Source: Acidobacteriota bacterium
Lineage (GTDB): Bacteria > Acidobacteriota > UBA6911 > RPQK01 > JAJDTT01
Direction: 5' to 3'
NCBI GenBank assembly: GCA_965209055.1
Contig: OZ242374.1
Location: forward strand, 1,216,001 to 1,280,000
DNA length: 64,000 nt
The notes beneath the pieces are model-generated. The model saw only the letters and a program-made list of their open reading frames with translations, did no database searches and had not been told where the DNA came from. A program made the position numbers and the translations under genes. Every line of letters begins with the position of its first letter. The first letter of the stretch is position 1. Positions 41,260 through 50,925 of this stretch are shown here, piece after piece.

Positions 41260-42456
41260 TCAGCGCGCCAACATGCGGATGCAGACCGGCATGGGGACAT
41301 CCGCCGTCTGGCCGTTGGCCTCCAGCGCTCCGGTCTGCGAGTCGATCCGGAAGACCACCACGCTGTCCGAGTCCTGGTTGGCCGCCAACAGCCAGGTCCC
41401 CGTGGGATCGATCTCGAAGTTCCGAGGCGTCTTCCCGCGGGTCGGTTCCTGGCCCCGGGCCGTCAGCCGGCCCGTCTCCTGGTCGATGGCAAAGGTCGCG
41501 ATACTGTCGTGTCCGCGGTTGGAACCGTAGAGGAAGCGGCCCGAAGGATGGACCCGCACTTCGGCGGTGTGAGTGACGCCCTCGAAACCTTCGGGAAGCG
41601 TGGTGATGGTCTGAATCGGATCCAGCGTCCCCTTCTCGCCATCGTAACGGAAGGCGGTCACGGTGGAGCCCATCTCGTTGATGACGTAGCCGAACCGGCC
41701 GCTGGGATGGAAGGCGAAATGGCGGGGTCCCCCACCGGGATCGACCGGGACCGAGGCCGGCGTATTCGGTTCCAGTTCTCCCGTTCCGGCGTCGAATCGA
41801 TAGACCAGGACCTCGTCCGTGCCCAGATCTGCCGCCACGGCGAACCGGTTCTCCGGATCCAGGTTGATGCTGTGGGCCCGGGGACCCGTCTGGCGCACCG
41901 GGTCCACGCTGGAACCTTCGTGTTGGATGACCGAAATTGCAGGGCCCAGGCGGCCTTCGGAATCGATGGGGAAGGAGGCGACGCTTCCCCCCGAGTAGTT
42001 GGCCAACAGCAAGGTGCGTCCGGTCCGGTCCACCACCAGGTGGCACGGAATGGCGCCCTGCGAAGGCTGCAGGTTCAGGAAAGAGAGTTGGCCACTGGAA
42101 GAATCGATGGAATAGGCGGAGACGGTCCCCGTCTTGCCGCCCTCGAACTCACCGACCTCGCTGACGGCGTAGAGATGGCGGCCGTTGGGGTGGAGCGCCA
42201 GGAAGGAAGGGCTTTCGATACCCGAGACCACAGAAAGGCGTTCCAGAGCCCCCGATTCGGGATCCATCCGGTAGGTGTAGATCCCTTCGCTGCCGGTCCT
42301 GGTGTAGGTGCCGAAAAAGACGAGCAGATCGCCTGAGCTCTCCGGTTGATCCATGGTTTTCACCTCTTCCCGAGTGCAGGATGCGGCCCCGCCCATCAGG
42401 ATCAGCAGGACCACACCAAGATTCTCCCATCGTTTCCGGGCCGGCCGACTATTCAT
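41260..42456 (-). CDS. Lactonase-family (6-phosphogluconolactonase-like) beta-propeller, possible lipoprotein
   Basis: FGTYT, PSFLA, ANYSGG, ADLG.D, GGPRH, SNRGHDSI and PRNF motifs; AASC lipobox-like segment. Confidence 0.92.
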   Translation of the reverse strand: MNSRPARKRWENLGVVLLILMGGAASCTREEVKTMDQPESSGDLLVFFGTYTRTGSEGIYTYRMDPESGALERLSVVSGIESPSFLALHPNGRHLYAVSEVGEFEGGKTGTVSAYSIDSSSGQLSFLNLQPSQGAIPCHLVVDRTGRTLLLANYSGGSVASFPIDSEGRLGPAISVIQHEGSSVDPVRQTGPRAHSINLDPENRFAVAADLGTDEVLVYRFDAGTGELEPNTPASVPVDPGGGPRHFAFHPSGRFGYVINEMGSTVTAFRYDGEKGTLDPIQTITTLPEGFEGVTHTAEVRVHPSGRFLYGSNRGHDSIATFAIDQETGRLTARGQEPTRGKTPRNFEIDPTGTWLLAANQDSDSVVVFRIDSQTGALEANGQTADVPMPVCIRMLAR

Positions 42457-42603
42457 GGCGCCTCCACTTGGTTTGGCATAACGAAAACGTGTCCAGGAGG
42501 GCCCCCGCACGGGGTGCCGCTACCCGCCCTCATGTTACCCTTTTCCGTCACTCCCGTCGGTCCCGGTTCCCGGCGGGCGCAACCCGAACTTTTCGAGGAA
42601 ATC

Positions 42604-44205
42604 ATGCGGAAATCAATACTCAGTTCCATCGGCACCGTCACCGCGATCGTTCTCCTGATCGGCTTGGCAGCCCCGGACCAGGCCGGGGCGTCGTCCCACG
42701 CCGAACGGATCAAGGGGGGACGGGAGCTCCACGACCCCGGACTGCACCTCTTCCTGGACGACGAAGAGGTGCAGGACCGGCCCGGATTCAGCCGGGTGGT
42801 CAAGAATCCGACCCGGATCCGGCGCGATCCGGTGTTGGTTCCCGACCGCCCCTGGGAAGGGCACGCGTTGCAGCTCTGGGGCTCGGTCCTCTACGACCGG
42901 GAGGAGGGGATCTTCAAGATGTGGTACTTCTCCGCCAACACCCCCATGTACCGCCGCACGGGGCGCGGATACCTCATGTGCTACGCCACTTCCAAGGACG
43001 GCATCGTCTGGGAGAAACCGAACCTGGGGCTCGTGCCGATCGACGGCTCGGCCGCCAACAACGTCGTCTACCCCACGCCGGAAGTGCCCGCCTCCTGGGG
43101 CCTCGACCCCTGGGGCGTGGTCAAGGACCCTGACGAGCCGGACCCGGCGCGGCGTTACAAGATGGGCATGTACCAGCAACGCCCCACCGGCGCCGAGTCG
43201 GACCTGGAGCGCCCCGGCATGAATCGGGAGGAAAAGAACCGGGCGCGGAAGGTCTTGTTGCAGGCCATACGGGACCGGCACGGAATGTACGCGGCCTTCT
43301 CTCCCGACGGGATCCGCTGGACCCTGGGAGAGGAGATCCTGGTCCCCCGGGGCGGCGACGCCGGGGCGATGGTCTACGATCCGCTGGGCCGGCAATACCT
43401 GGCCACGACGCGGCGGTTCGGAACCATCATGGATCACTTCGTGGTGGAATGGAAAAGGTACCGCCGCGTCATCGCCCTCTCCACCAGCAAGGACTTCGTC
43501 CATTGGACCCCGCTGAAGACGATCCTCAAGCCGGACGACCTGGACCATCCCCGGGACCAGATGTACGTCATGACCGCCTTCGCCTACGGAAACCAGTACA
43601 TCGGGTTCATCGGCATGCTCCACTCCTCCACCGAGCTGGGGCCGACACAGCTGGCCAGCGCCCGCGATCTGGCCCACTGGCGCCGGGTCGGACGCCGGCA
43701 GGAATTCCTGCCGGTGGGCGCTCCCGGAAGCTGGGACGGGGCCTGGTCCACGCCGTCGGGGAATCCGCCGGTCCTGAAGGGGAACGAACTCTATCTCTGG
43801 TATTCGGGCCGTCCCCAGGCCCATGGCACCTCCGGAATGTGGAAGAGCTCCATCGGGGTCCTGACCCTGCGCAAGGACGGTTTCGTGGCGCTGCGCAGCG
43901 GCATCCGGGGCGGCGACGTCATGACCGAGGCGGTGACGGTCACCGGCCCCAAACTCTACCTCAACGCCTACTCCTTCTTCGGCACCGTCCGGATCCGGGT
44001 CATTCACCATGGAGCGGTTGCGCCCGGCTATGCCTTCGAGGACTGCAACGGCCTGGAAAAGGGGGACGAGACCGATTTTCACGTCACCTGGGGTCCCGGC
44101 CGCAAGGACCTTTCCGCCTTTGTGGGCGAGAAGGTGCGGCTTCACATCCAGTCGGACAACGCCACCAGCCTCTTTTCCTACCGCTTCGCCGCGGCGGACG
44201 ACTGA
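42604..44205 (+). CDS. Exported five-bladed beta-propeller glycosidase-like protein
   Basis: Signal peptide, FKMWY, YATSKDGIVWEKP, SPDGIRW, S.DFVHW Asp-box-like repeats, LRKDGF. Confidence 0.75.
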   Translation: MRKSILSSIGTVTAIVLLIGLAAPDQAGASSHAERIKGGRELHDPGLHLFLDDEEVQDRPGFSRVVKNPTRIRRDPVLVPDRPWEGHALQLWGSVLYDREEGIFKMWYFSANTPMYRRTGRGYLMCYATSKDGIVWEKPNLGLVPIDGSAANNVVYPTPEVPASWGLDPWGVVKDPDEPDPARRYKMGMYQQRPTGAESDLERPGMNREEKNRARKVLLQAIRDRHGMYAAFSPDGIRWTLGEEILVPRGGDAGAMVYDPLGRQYLATTRRFGTIMDHFVVEWKRYRRVIALSTSKDFVHWTPLKTILKPDDLDHPRDQMYVMTAFAYGNQYIGFIGMLHSSTELGPTQLASARDLAHWRRVGRRQEFLPVGAPGSWDGAWSTPSGNPPVLKGNELYLWYSGRPQAHGTSGMWKSSIGVLTLRKDGFVALRSGIRGGDVMTEAVTVTGPKLYLNAYSFFGTVRIRVIHHGAVAPGYAFEDCNGLEKGDETDFHVTWGPGRKDLSAFVGEKVRLHIQSDNATSLFSYRFAAADD

Positions 44206-44267
44206 CGCCTCTTGGTTTGTCCTCCCCTCGAACGTATTCTCGTGGGCGGTATGCGGAGACCAACGCT

Positions 44268-45194
44268 ATGAGCCGGGACCCAGGCGCTCCAAAGCGGACG
44301 AAAGCGGGAATGCTGGGTGCCGTGGACATCCCCTGGAACGCCGATTTTTCCCTGGACCAGGAGCATTTCCGGGGGCTGATCCGGCGGCTGCAGACGCTGG
44401 GAGCCGGGCGGCTCTACATCATGGGGACGGCGGGCGAAGGCTACGCCATGTCGGACACCCGCTTTTGCGAGGTGGTGGACGTTTTCGTGGAAGAGATGTC
44501 CGGCTCCGGCATCGAGGCCCAGGTGGGGGTCATCTCCCTGGCCATGGAGCAGGTCGTGGAGCGGCTGGAGTACGCCCACGCCCAGGGAGTCCGATCGTTT
44601 CAGATCTCCCTGCCCGCTTGGGGAGCGCTTGAGGACGCGGAAATGATGGGATTCTTCAAGACCGTCTGCGGCCGGTTCCCCGATTCCGACTTCCTGCACT
44701 ACAACCTGGTTCGGACCAAGCGCCTCCTCACCGGCGACGACTACCGGAGGATCCTGGACCAGGTCCCCAACCTGGTGGCCAGCAAACAGAGCACCACCGA
44801 CATGAACCGGGTCCGGGACTGGATGGTCAAGGCCCCCGAGATGCAGCACTTCATGCTCGAGACCTGCTTCGCCTATGCCTGCCAGTTCGGAGAGTGCTCC
44901 CTTCTCTGCAGCATGCACGGGGCGTTTCCCCGTCTGACCCGCGAGTACTTCGCCGCCGGCCGGAAGGGGGACATCGCCCGGGCGCTGGAGATCGCCGAAA
45001 AGTTCAGGCGCCACGGGGAAGGCCTCTTCGGCCACCTGAACCGGCCCATGATCGACGGTGCCTACGACAAGCTGATGGTCTGGCTGACGGACCCCACGTT
45101 TCCCATTCGCCTGCTGCCGCCGTACGGGGGGTTCACCGACGAAGAGGCGAAGATCAGCCAGGATTACTACCGCAGTCTGCGCGGCGAGGCCTGA
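44268..45194 (+). CDS. Dihydrodipicolinate synthase / NAL family aldolase
   Basis: YIMGTAGEG, LHYN and a putative Schiff-base Lys in VASKQS. Confidence 0.85.
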   Translation: MSRDPGAPKRTKAGMLGAVDIPWNADFSLDQEHFRGLIRRLQTLGAGRLYIMGTAGEGYAMSDTRFCEVVDVFVEEMSGSGIEAQVGVISLAMEQVVERLEYAHAQGVRSFQISLPAWGALEDAEMMGFFKTVCGRFPDSDFLHYNLVRTKRLLTGDDYRRILDQVPNLVASKQSTTDMNRVRDWMVKAPEMQHFMLETCFAYACQFGECSLLCSMHGAFPRLTREYFAAGRKGDIARALEIAEKFRRHGEGLFGHLNRPMIDGAYDKLMVWLTDPTFPIRLLPPYGGFTDEEAKISQDYYRSLRGEA

Positions 45195-45196
45195 AC

Positions 45197-46048
45197 ATGG
45201 GGAGCCACCGGACCTACAACGGCGTTGCCATGCCCGAGTTCATGTACGGGACCGCCTGGAAGAAGGAGGAGACCACCCGCCTGGTCAAGCTGGCGGTCTC
45301 GAGCGGCTTCACCGCCATCGACACCGCCAACCAGATCATCCACTACGACGAGGCCCGGGTCGGGGACGCCCTGCTGGATCTGAGCCGCCAGGGAATCGAG
45401 CGGGAATCCCTCTTCCTCCAGACCAAGTTCACATCCGCCGGAGGCCAGGACCACCGGACCCCTTATGACGCGTCCGCGGACATCACCACCCAGGTGGGGC
45501 AGTCTTTCCGGAGCTCCCTCCGGCATCTGCACACCGACACCCTGGATTCGTACGTCCTGCACGGTCCTTATTCGCGAATGGGGCTGGGGGCGGAGGACTG
45601 GGAAGTCTGGGAGGCCATCGAAGGGATCTACAAGTCGGGCGGAACCCGCGTGATCGGGATCAGCAACGTCAGCGCCGAACAACTCGACGAACTCTGCCGG
45701 AAGGCCGAAGTCAAGCCCATGGTGGTGCAGAACCGGTGCTTCGCCGTCCTGGGATGGGACTTCAGGGTCCGGGAGATCTGCCGCGCCCACGGGATCGTCT
45801 ACCAGGGCTTCTCGCTCCTGACGGCCAACCGCCCGGTTCTGTTCCACCCCCGGGTGCGGGAGATCGCCGGCCGTCTGGGGGTCGGCCCCGCCCAGGTGGT
45901 CTTCCGGTTCGCCCTGGAGGTGGGGATGCAGCCCCTCACGGGCACCAGCAGCCGGGACCACATGTTGGAGGACCTGGCGGTTCGATCGTTGCGGCTCTCC
46001 CGGGAAGAGACCACCTTCATCGAGGCCATTGCCCTGAGCCGGCCCTGA
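45197..46048 (+). CDS. Aldo/keto reductase
   Basis: YGTAW, IDTA....Y.E, LFLQTK, LDSYVLH and IGISNV motifs. Confidence 0.92.
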   Translation: MGSHRTYNGVAMPEFMYGTAWKKEETTRLVKLAVSSGFTAIDTANQIIHYDEARVGDALLDLSRQGIERESLFLQTKFTSAGGQDHRTPYDASADITTQVGQSFRSSLRHLHTDTLDSYVLHGPYSRMGLGAEDWEVWEAIEGIYKSGGTRVIGISNVSAEQLDELCRKAEVKPMVVQNRCFAVLGWDFRVREICRAHGIVYQGFSLLTANRPVLFHPRVREIAGRLGVGPAQVVFRFALEVGMQPLTGTSSRDHMLEDLAVRSLRLSREETTFIEAIALSRP

Positions 46049-46062
46049 GCCGGGTGACGCCC

Positions 46063-47391
46063 CTACGCCCCTCGGGGGATCGCCCAGTGGCCCTTCCGGT
46101 AAGTGCGGGCCAGCAGGGCGTCCGCTTCCTCGTCGCCGGCGATCCGTTCCTTTTCCGGATCGAAGCGGAAGGATCGGCCCACCCTCACGGCGATGTTGGC
46201 CAGGTGGCAGAGCGAGGTGGACAAGTGCGCCGTTCCGGCGCCGGCCGTGAGCTCGGCCTGCCCCCGTATCGCCTTCACCCAGGTCAGGAAGTTGCTGGTC
46301 ATGTCCATTCGCGGGGTCACGCCCGGACGTTTGTCGAGCGGCTTGTTCTCTTCGTCCCAGAGCTGGAACCGGCCCCGGCGGCTGAACATCATCTTCCCCC
46401 CGGTCCCCAGAAACTCGACGCCGCCGTCCACGTCGTAGGGATGGTTGGCGGACCAGATCCTCATCTCGAACACCAACTGCCGGCGCTCGCCGACTCCTCC
46501 GTTGCCGGGATAGTCGAAGGCCGCGGTGACGGTGTCGGGGAACTCCTGGTCGTCGTCGAAGTAGAACTTGCCACCGGCTACGGCCACCCGGGCGGGATGA
46601 ACGTCCAGCCCCAGGCCCCAGCGGGCCATGTCGAACTCGTGGACGCCGTCGTTACCCAGATCGCCGGTGCCGAAGTCGTACCACCAGTGCCAGGAATAAT
46701 GGTGCCGGTTCTTCTGGAAAGGGACCCTGGGAGCCGGCCCCAACCAGAGGTCGTAGTCGAACCCGCCCGGCGGCGGGCCGGGCTGCTCGCGGCCGATGTT
46801 GCGCCGCTTCTGGACGTTCCAGGCCTTGGCGACGAGCACGTCTCCGATGACGCCCTCGTGGAGCATCCGGACCGCCTCGACGAACCCCCGGCTGCTGCGG
46901 GCCTGGGTCCCGTGCTGGAGGACACGCCCGGAACGCCGGGCGGCTTCCATCAGGAGACGGCCTTCGCGGAGATTGTGGGAGCAGGGCTTTTCCAGGTAGA
47001 CGTGCTTTCCGGCGTCCAAGGCCAGGATCGCCGCCGGGGTGTGCCAATGGTCGGGGGTCGCGATGGTCACCGCGTCGACGGACGTGTCGTCGAGAATCCT
47101 GCGCAGGTCGTCCACCGGCTTGGCGCCGCCGGCCTCGGTGGAGGCCTGATTTCGCCGCTCTTCGTCCGGGTCGCACACGTAGGCGATCTCGGTGTTGACC
47201 CCCTGTGGGAACCGGCCGATGTGGGAGCGCCGCCCCTGTCCTCCGCAACCGATGACCGCGAAGCGGATCCGGTCGTTGGCGCTGGCCGCGGCGGCCGGGA
47301 CTGAGGTCAGAACGGGGGAGGCCGCGGCAACGGTGGCCACTGCCCCGGACCCCTTCAAGAATTCCCTTCGATTGACTTCACCTGTTGTCAT
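46063..47391 (-). CDS. Tat-exported Gfo/Idh/MocA oxidoreductase
   Basis: NRREFLK Tat motif, IGCGGQG, ATPDHWH, GKHVYLEKP and GVHEFD. Confidence 0.95.
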   Translation of the reverse strand: MTTGEVNRREFLKGSGAVATVAAASPVLTSVPAAAASANDRIRFAVIGCGGQGRRSHIGRFPQGVNTEIAYVCDPDEERRNQASTEAGGAKPVDDLRRILDDTSVDAVTIATPDHWHTPAAILALDAGKHVYLEKPCSHNLREGRLLMEAARRSGRVLQHGTQARSSRGFVEAVRMLHEGVIGDVLVAKAWNVQKRRNIGREQPGPPPGGFDYDLWLGPAPRVPFQKNRHHYSWHWWYDFGTGDLGNDGVHEFDMARWGLGLDVHPARVAVAGGKFYFDDDQEFPDTVTAAFDYPGNGGVGERRQLVFEMRIWSANHPYDVDGGVEFLGTGGKMMFSRRGRFQLWDEENKPLDKRPGVTPRMDMTSNFLTWVKAIRGQAELTAGAGTAHLSTSLCHLANIAVRVGRSFRFDPEKERIAGDEEADALLARTYRKGHWAIPRGA

Positions 47392-47478
47392 TGCGCCTCC
47401 TCTTCCCGCGGCGGCCGTCCGGCGCCGAAACCGGAGCGGCTCTGCGAACTCTCAAAATCGTCGTCCTACTCTACACCT

Positions 47479-47505
47479 GCGAGAACGGGACTGTCCCCGT
47501 CTCGC
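47479..47505 (+). repeat. GACTGTCCCC hairpin repeat, copy 1 (left edge of the accessory region)
   Basis: GCGAGA-AC-GGGAC-T-GTCCC-CG-TCTCGC. Confidence 0.8.
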
Positions 47506-47619
47506 GCTCTCAAGCCGCGCCGCAGATGGGAATGACGTTTTCTTACAATTAATTTATGACCTTGTAGTCAACGATATCCTGCCGGATCGAGGCGAACGCC
47601 GAAAGGAGGGGGATGGCCG

Positions 47620-48573
47620 ATGATTCCAGAACCACCACACCGCGAATTCCAATTGAAACTCCTCGGTTGGACAGGCCCCGAGGCCGAGTGGATCGCCTTG
47701 GTCTGCCGGCATAGCGGCCTGTTCACCCACTCCCAATTCTGCAGCTACCTGCACGCGCGGCCCCATCGGGCGCGCCGGTTCGTCCGCTGCTTGCGGGATC
47801 GCCGCCAAGCGGTCGAAGAGAATCTGGCCAGTCTGCCGGCTGCCGCCCGGCCCTGCCGGATCTCCGGCAAGGCCATCTACCGCGCCCTGGGCATCGAGAA
47901 CGTGCGCCATCGCCACACCGCCTCGGGTCCCGTCCTGTTGCGGCGGCTTCTGGCCCTTGATTACATCCTGGAGCACCCGCAGGAGCGTTGGCTCACCTCC
48001 GAACAGGGAAAGGTCGCCGTCTTCGATGACTTGGCCATTCCCCGCCAACTCCTCCCCCGCCGCTATTGCACCCGGAAAGAGACGGTCTGGGTCCGGTACT
48101 TTCCCCAGGAGCTCCCCATTTCCATCAGCCCCGGGAAGGCCACTTTCGTCTACGCGGAGTCCGGTTCCGGCAGCGGCGGGAACCTGGTTTCCTGGGGATC
48201 GGCTCACGCGCCACTCTGGCGGGCATTGCAACAGAACGGAATCCGGATCCGGGTCGTGGCCGTCGCCCGCGACGATGCCGGATCGGCACGGGACAATCGG
48301 ATCTTGCGCCGTTGGACCCAGGGGCAATGGCCCAAGGCCTGCCGTCCGCTTGCGTCCGACGAGGAACAGGAGATGGAAGAGATCCGTCTGGCGTTCTTTC
48401 GGAGTGACTGGAAGGCGCTGGAACGTTGGGGCGGACCCCAATCGGCCCTCTTCCACCAACGCGAACTGAAACGCCGGGCGGCGTTCGAGAACACGGAATC
48501 GGGATTCCGGATCGACCGGGCCGACTCCTGGCGCTCACGACGATTGTCGTCCCCGGGGACTGACCCCAGTTGA
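47620..48573 (+). CDS. Hypothetical protein, probably mobile-element associated
   Basis: 317-aa ORF with GGAGG RBS; a decayed paralog lies at about 49.9-50.06 kb; function unknown. Confidence 0.75.
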   Translation: MIPEPPHREFQLKLLGWTGPEAEWIALVCRHSGLFTHSQFCSYLHARPHRARRFVRCLRDRRQAVEENLASLPAAARPCRISGKAIYRALGIENVRHRHTASGPVLLRRLLALDYILEHPQERWLTSEQGKVAVFDDLAIPRQLLPRRYCTRKETVWVRYFPQELPISISPGKATFVYAESGSGSGGNLVSWGSAHAPLWRALQQNGIRIRVVAVARDDAGSARDNRILRRWTQGQWPKACRPLASDEEQEMEEIRLAFFRSDWKALERWGGPQSALFHQRELKRRAAFENTESGFRIDRADSWRSRRLSSPGTDPS

Positions 48574-48606
48574 TTCGCGTTGCGGGCGTCGATTCCGGAG
48601 GCCGCG

Positions 48607-49149
48607 TCAAAATGCGTAGCCCACGGCGACCGTGGAATGCACCGCGGGAATCAACCCGATACGGAGTTCCGGGGCCACGAAGATACGCTTGCTCAAGAAC
48701 AGCCGGAGGCCGAACCCTCCGGTGAAGTTGAAGCTTCCCTCCTTGCGCCACTCGAACTCCGGGAGCGACCGGTCATAGTAATGCTCCACGTTGGGTTCCC
48801 AACTCCGGTACCGGGTGAATCCGAACCCGACCACCAGGTAGGGATTGATGCGCCGATCCGGCGAAAATTCATACTCCACGATTGGAGTCGCCAAGAGGGC
48901 GCGCCTCTTGTAGTACCTGATGTTGCCGAACAGGTTCGCATTCAGGACTTCCACTCCAACCCGGAAATTCCGCCCGGCGGCAACGGTGACGGCTCCGCCG
49001 CCCAGCCAGGCGTGGGGAGGCGTGTCTTCCAGTCCCAGGGTGTAGCCGGCCTCTCCCCGCAGGTTGATCTTGCGTTCCTGCCCGAACATCGGTTGCAGGA
49101 TCAACGACGAGATTGTGACGCAGTACAGGATCACGCGTGCGGTTGTCAT
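48607..49149 (-). CDS. Small outer-membrane beta-barrel protein
   Basis: Signal peptide, amphipathic strands (INPYLVVGFG, FTGGFGLRLF), C-terminal Phe (VGYAF). Confidence 0.8.
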   Translation of the reverse strand: MTTARVILYCVTISSLILQPMFGQERKINLRGEAGYTLGLEDTPPHAWLGGGAVTVAAGRNFRVGVEVLNANLFGNIRYYKRRALLATPIVEYEFSPDRRINPYLVVGFGFTRYRSWEPNVEHYYDRSLPEFEWRKEGSFNFTGGFGLRLFLSKRIFVAPELRIGLIPAVHSTVAVGYAF

Positions 49150-49160
49150 GGGTGCCTCCT

Positions 49161-49631
49161 TCAGCGGCGTTTCGCAAATCCCAGGTAGACGGAGAAACGA
49201 AGGTTGGGCTCGAGACCCAGTCGGAACTGGGGCGAGATGAAGAATCGGTCATTGGCCCAGACCTTGACTCCCATCCCCCATCCCAGTCCGCCCAGACCGA
49301 GCACGCGGGCGCGATGCCAGTTGATGCCGCCTCCCAGGAGCGTGTAGAGAACGGCGTTGCGCGAGGGTCGCGTCAGGTCCTTGACCAGGTTCATGATCAG
49401 CATGTGGTCCTGATGGGTGTTGTCTGTCATGAACGAATATTCGGGCTCCACGGCCCAGCCCCTCTTCCCGAAGTAGTAGCGGCAGGAGGCTCCGGCCGCG
49501 ACGTGCCGGCGAGCCTCCCAGAAACTCGCGGTCCCGAAGTGGAAACGGAGTTCCGGCGCGCGCGGTTGCGCCTCCAGCGACGGGCAGGCGAAGACGATCA
49601 TCAAAATGGAAATGCGTCCGGCGACCTTCAT
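49161..49631 (-). CDS. Small outer-membrane beta-barrel protein (likely paralog of the neighbouring gene)
   Basis: Signal peptide, LYTLLGGG, GMGVKVW...FFISPQFRLG similar to the downstream gene. Confidence 0.72.
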   Translation of the reverse strand: MKVAGRISILMIVFACPSLEAQPRAPELRFHFGTASFWEARRHVAAGASCRYYFGKRGWAVEPEYSFMTDNTHQDHMLIMNLVKDLTRPSRNAVLYTLLGGGINWHRARVLGLGGLGWGMGVKVWANDRFFISPQFRLGLEPNLRFSVYLGFAKRR

Positions 49632-49784
49632 ATCGATCCTCCCGCGAAACGACGGCTACCGGTAAATGTGATTTTTCCGCCTGAGTTGGCTCACGGAGTT
49701 CGTTCAGGTGAGAACCGTCCGGAGGGTGCGAATGTTGTCACCGGCTGGAGCCGCGGGAGGAATCCGGCGCTGATCCTGACGCGT

Positions 49785-49815
49785 GCGCGAGAAAGTGACT
49801 GTCCCTTTTTCGTGC
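49785..49815 (+). repeat. GACTGTCCC hairpin repeat copy
   Basis: GCGCGAGAAAG-TGACTGTCC-CTTTTTCGTGC. Confidence 0.78.
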
Positions 49816-49897
49816 GCCACTCTGCGCGTCACAACGGGGAGATTCTGGGAGAGCGCGAGCGATTCTGTACCTTGGATTAGTAGCATCGGCGTCTGGC

Positions 49898-50060
49898 GGA
49901 TGCCGACAATGCTGAGCAGATTCTCCTTGGTAGCCGCGCCTTGCGCGACGAGGGCCGCGACGGCGCGGCCCACCTTCTTTTGGTGGCGACCCAGAAAGCT
50001 TGGCTACTGCGGCGGGGTGAAGACACCGCCGTGGTGGCAGGCCAGGGCAATCAGTTCGGT
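49898..50060 (-). pseudogene. Decayed fragment paralogous to ORF 47620-48573
   Basis: Translates [46 protein letters not shown] versus EWIALVCRHSGLFTHSQFCSYL...RRFVRCLRDRRQAVEENL; internal stop. Confidence 0.75.
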
Positions 50061-50248
50061 TCAGCCGGATCGTGGACGCCTACCACATTTGGCGGACGGG
50101 AATGGAGGACGGCGGCGCAGATGTTCCGGGCTTCTGCAAGGGCACCTTCCTGGTCGAGGTGCGCAAGCACGGTCACGTCCTTATGCCGGGTCGCTATGTT
50201 AATGTGGAGCCATAAAAGGATGGCGGTGAGCCGTTCGAGGAGAATCTG
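50060..50248 (+). pseudogene. hsdM: C-terminal remnant of a type I restriction-modification methyltransferase
   Basis: Frame reads [10 protein letters not shown]...DVPGFCK...[26 protein letters not shown], matching the HsdM C-terminal pattern; premature TAA; not shown in the ORF track. Confidence 0.82.
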
Positions 50249-50433
50249 GTTGCGGTGAGGTTTCAGCCTTTGGCCATGGACGAATGACCAGCTATGCCAT
50301 TCTGCGATCCGCCGCTCGAGTGGTCGGATGGGCAAGGATCTCTCGGAACGGGGCTGCTCCTCGGCACACCCCCTGTTAAACAGTTCCGGTCGCGCAGCAT
50401 CCTACAGTCTAACCGAATCTTAGACGATAGCCC

Positions 50434-50925
50434 ATGGTCGGATACTACACTGACGACGAACTCCGACAACTTCGTGAGCTTCGTAAGAAGGTTACGAATC
50501 CAGGAGCCCGCTGGTCCGAGAAGCCTTCACGAAGTCCGGTCCACAAGCAGCGTACCTTCCAAGCAAGGGGAACCACTTCAGACGGCCGAGAATACCGCTT
50601 CCTGGTCTATCAGCGGGAAAATCTTCGCGACAAGCTCAGTTACTCCTGCGGGATCGTCTACCTGCCGCCAGGTGGTCCGCGGCTCACGCTGGCCCGGTAC
50701 AATGGGCCGAGCCATCAGCATGGAGACATCCGTTACAAACCTCACATTCATCGAACCACGGAGGCTGCCATCTCGGCGGGAAGGAAACCAGAACACGCGG
50801 CCGAAGGAACTCTGCGCTACAACACCCTTGAGGGTGCGCTCGCATGTCTAATCGAAGATTTTAGCCTGTCTGGAGTACGCGCCAGACGCGATCATCCGAG
50901 CTTGTTCAATGGCCATCAATCCTGA
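50434..50925 (+). CDS. Hypothetical His-motif protein (DUF6978-like)
   Basis: LARYNG.SHQH...PHIH motif; overlaps the downstream DUF1828 gene by 17 bp. Confidence 0.72.
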   Translation: MVGYYTDDELRQLRELRKKVTNPGARWSEKPSRSPVHKQRTFQARGTTSDGREYRFLVYQRENLRDKLSYSCGIVYLPPGGPRLTLARYNGPSHQHGDIRYKPHIHRTTEAAISAGRKPEHAAEGTLRYNTLEGALACLIEDFSLSGVRARRDHPSLFNGHQS

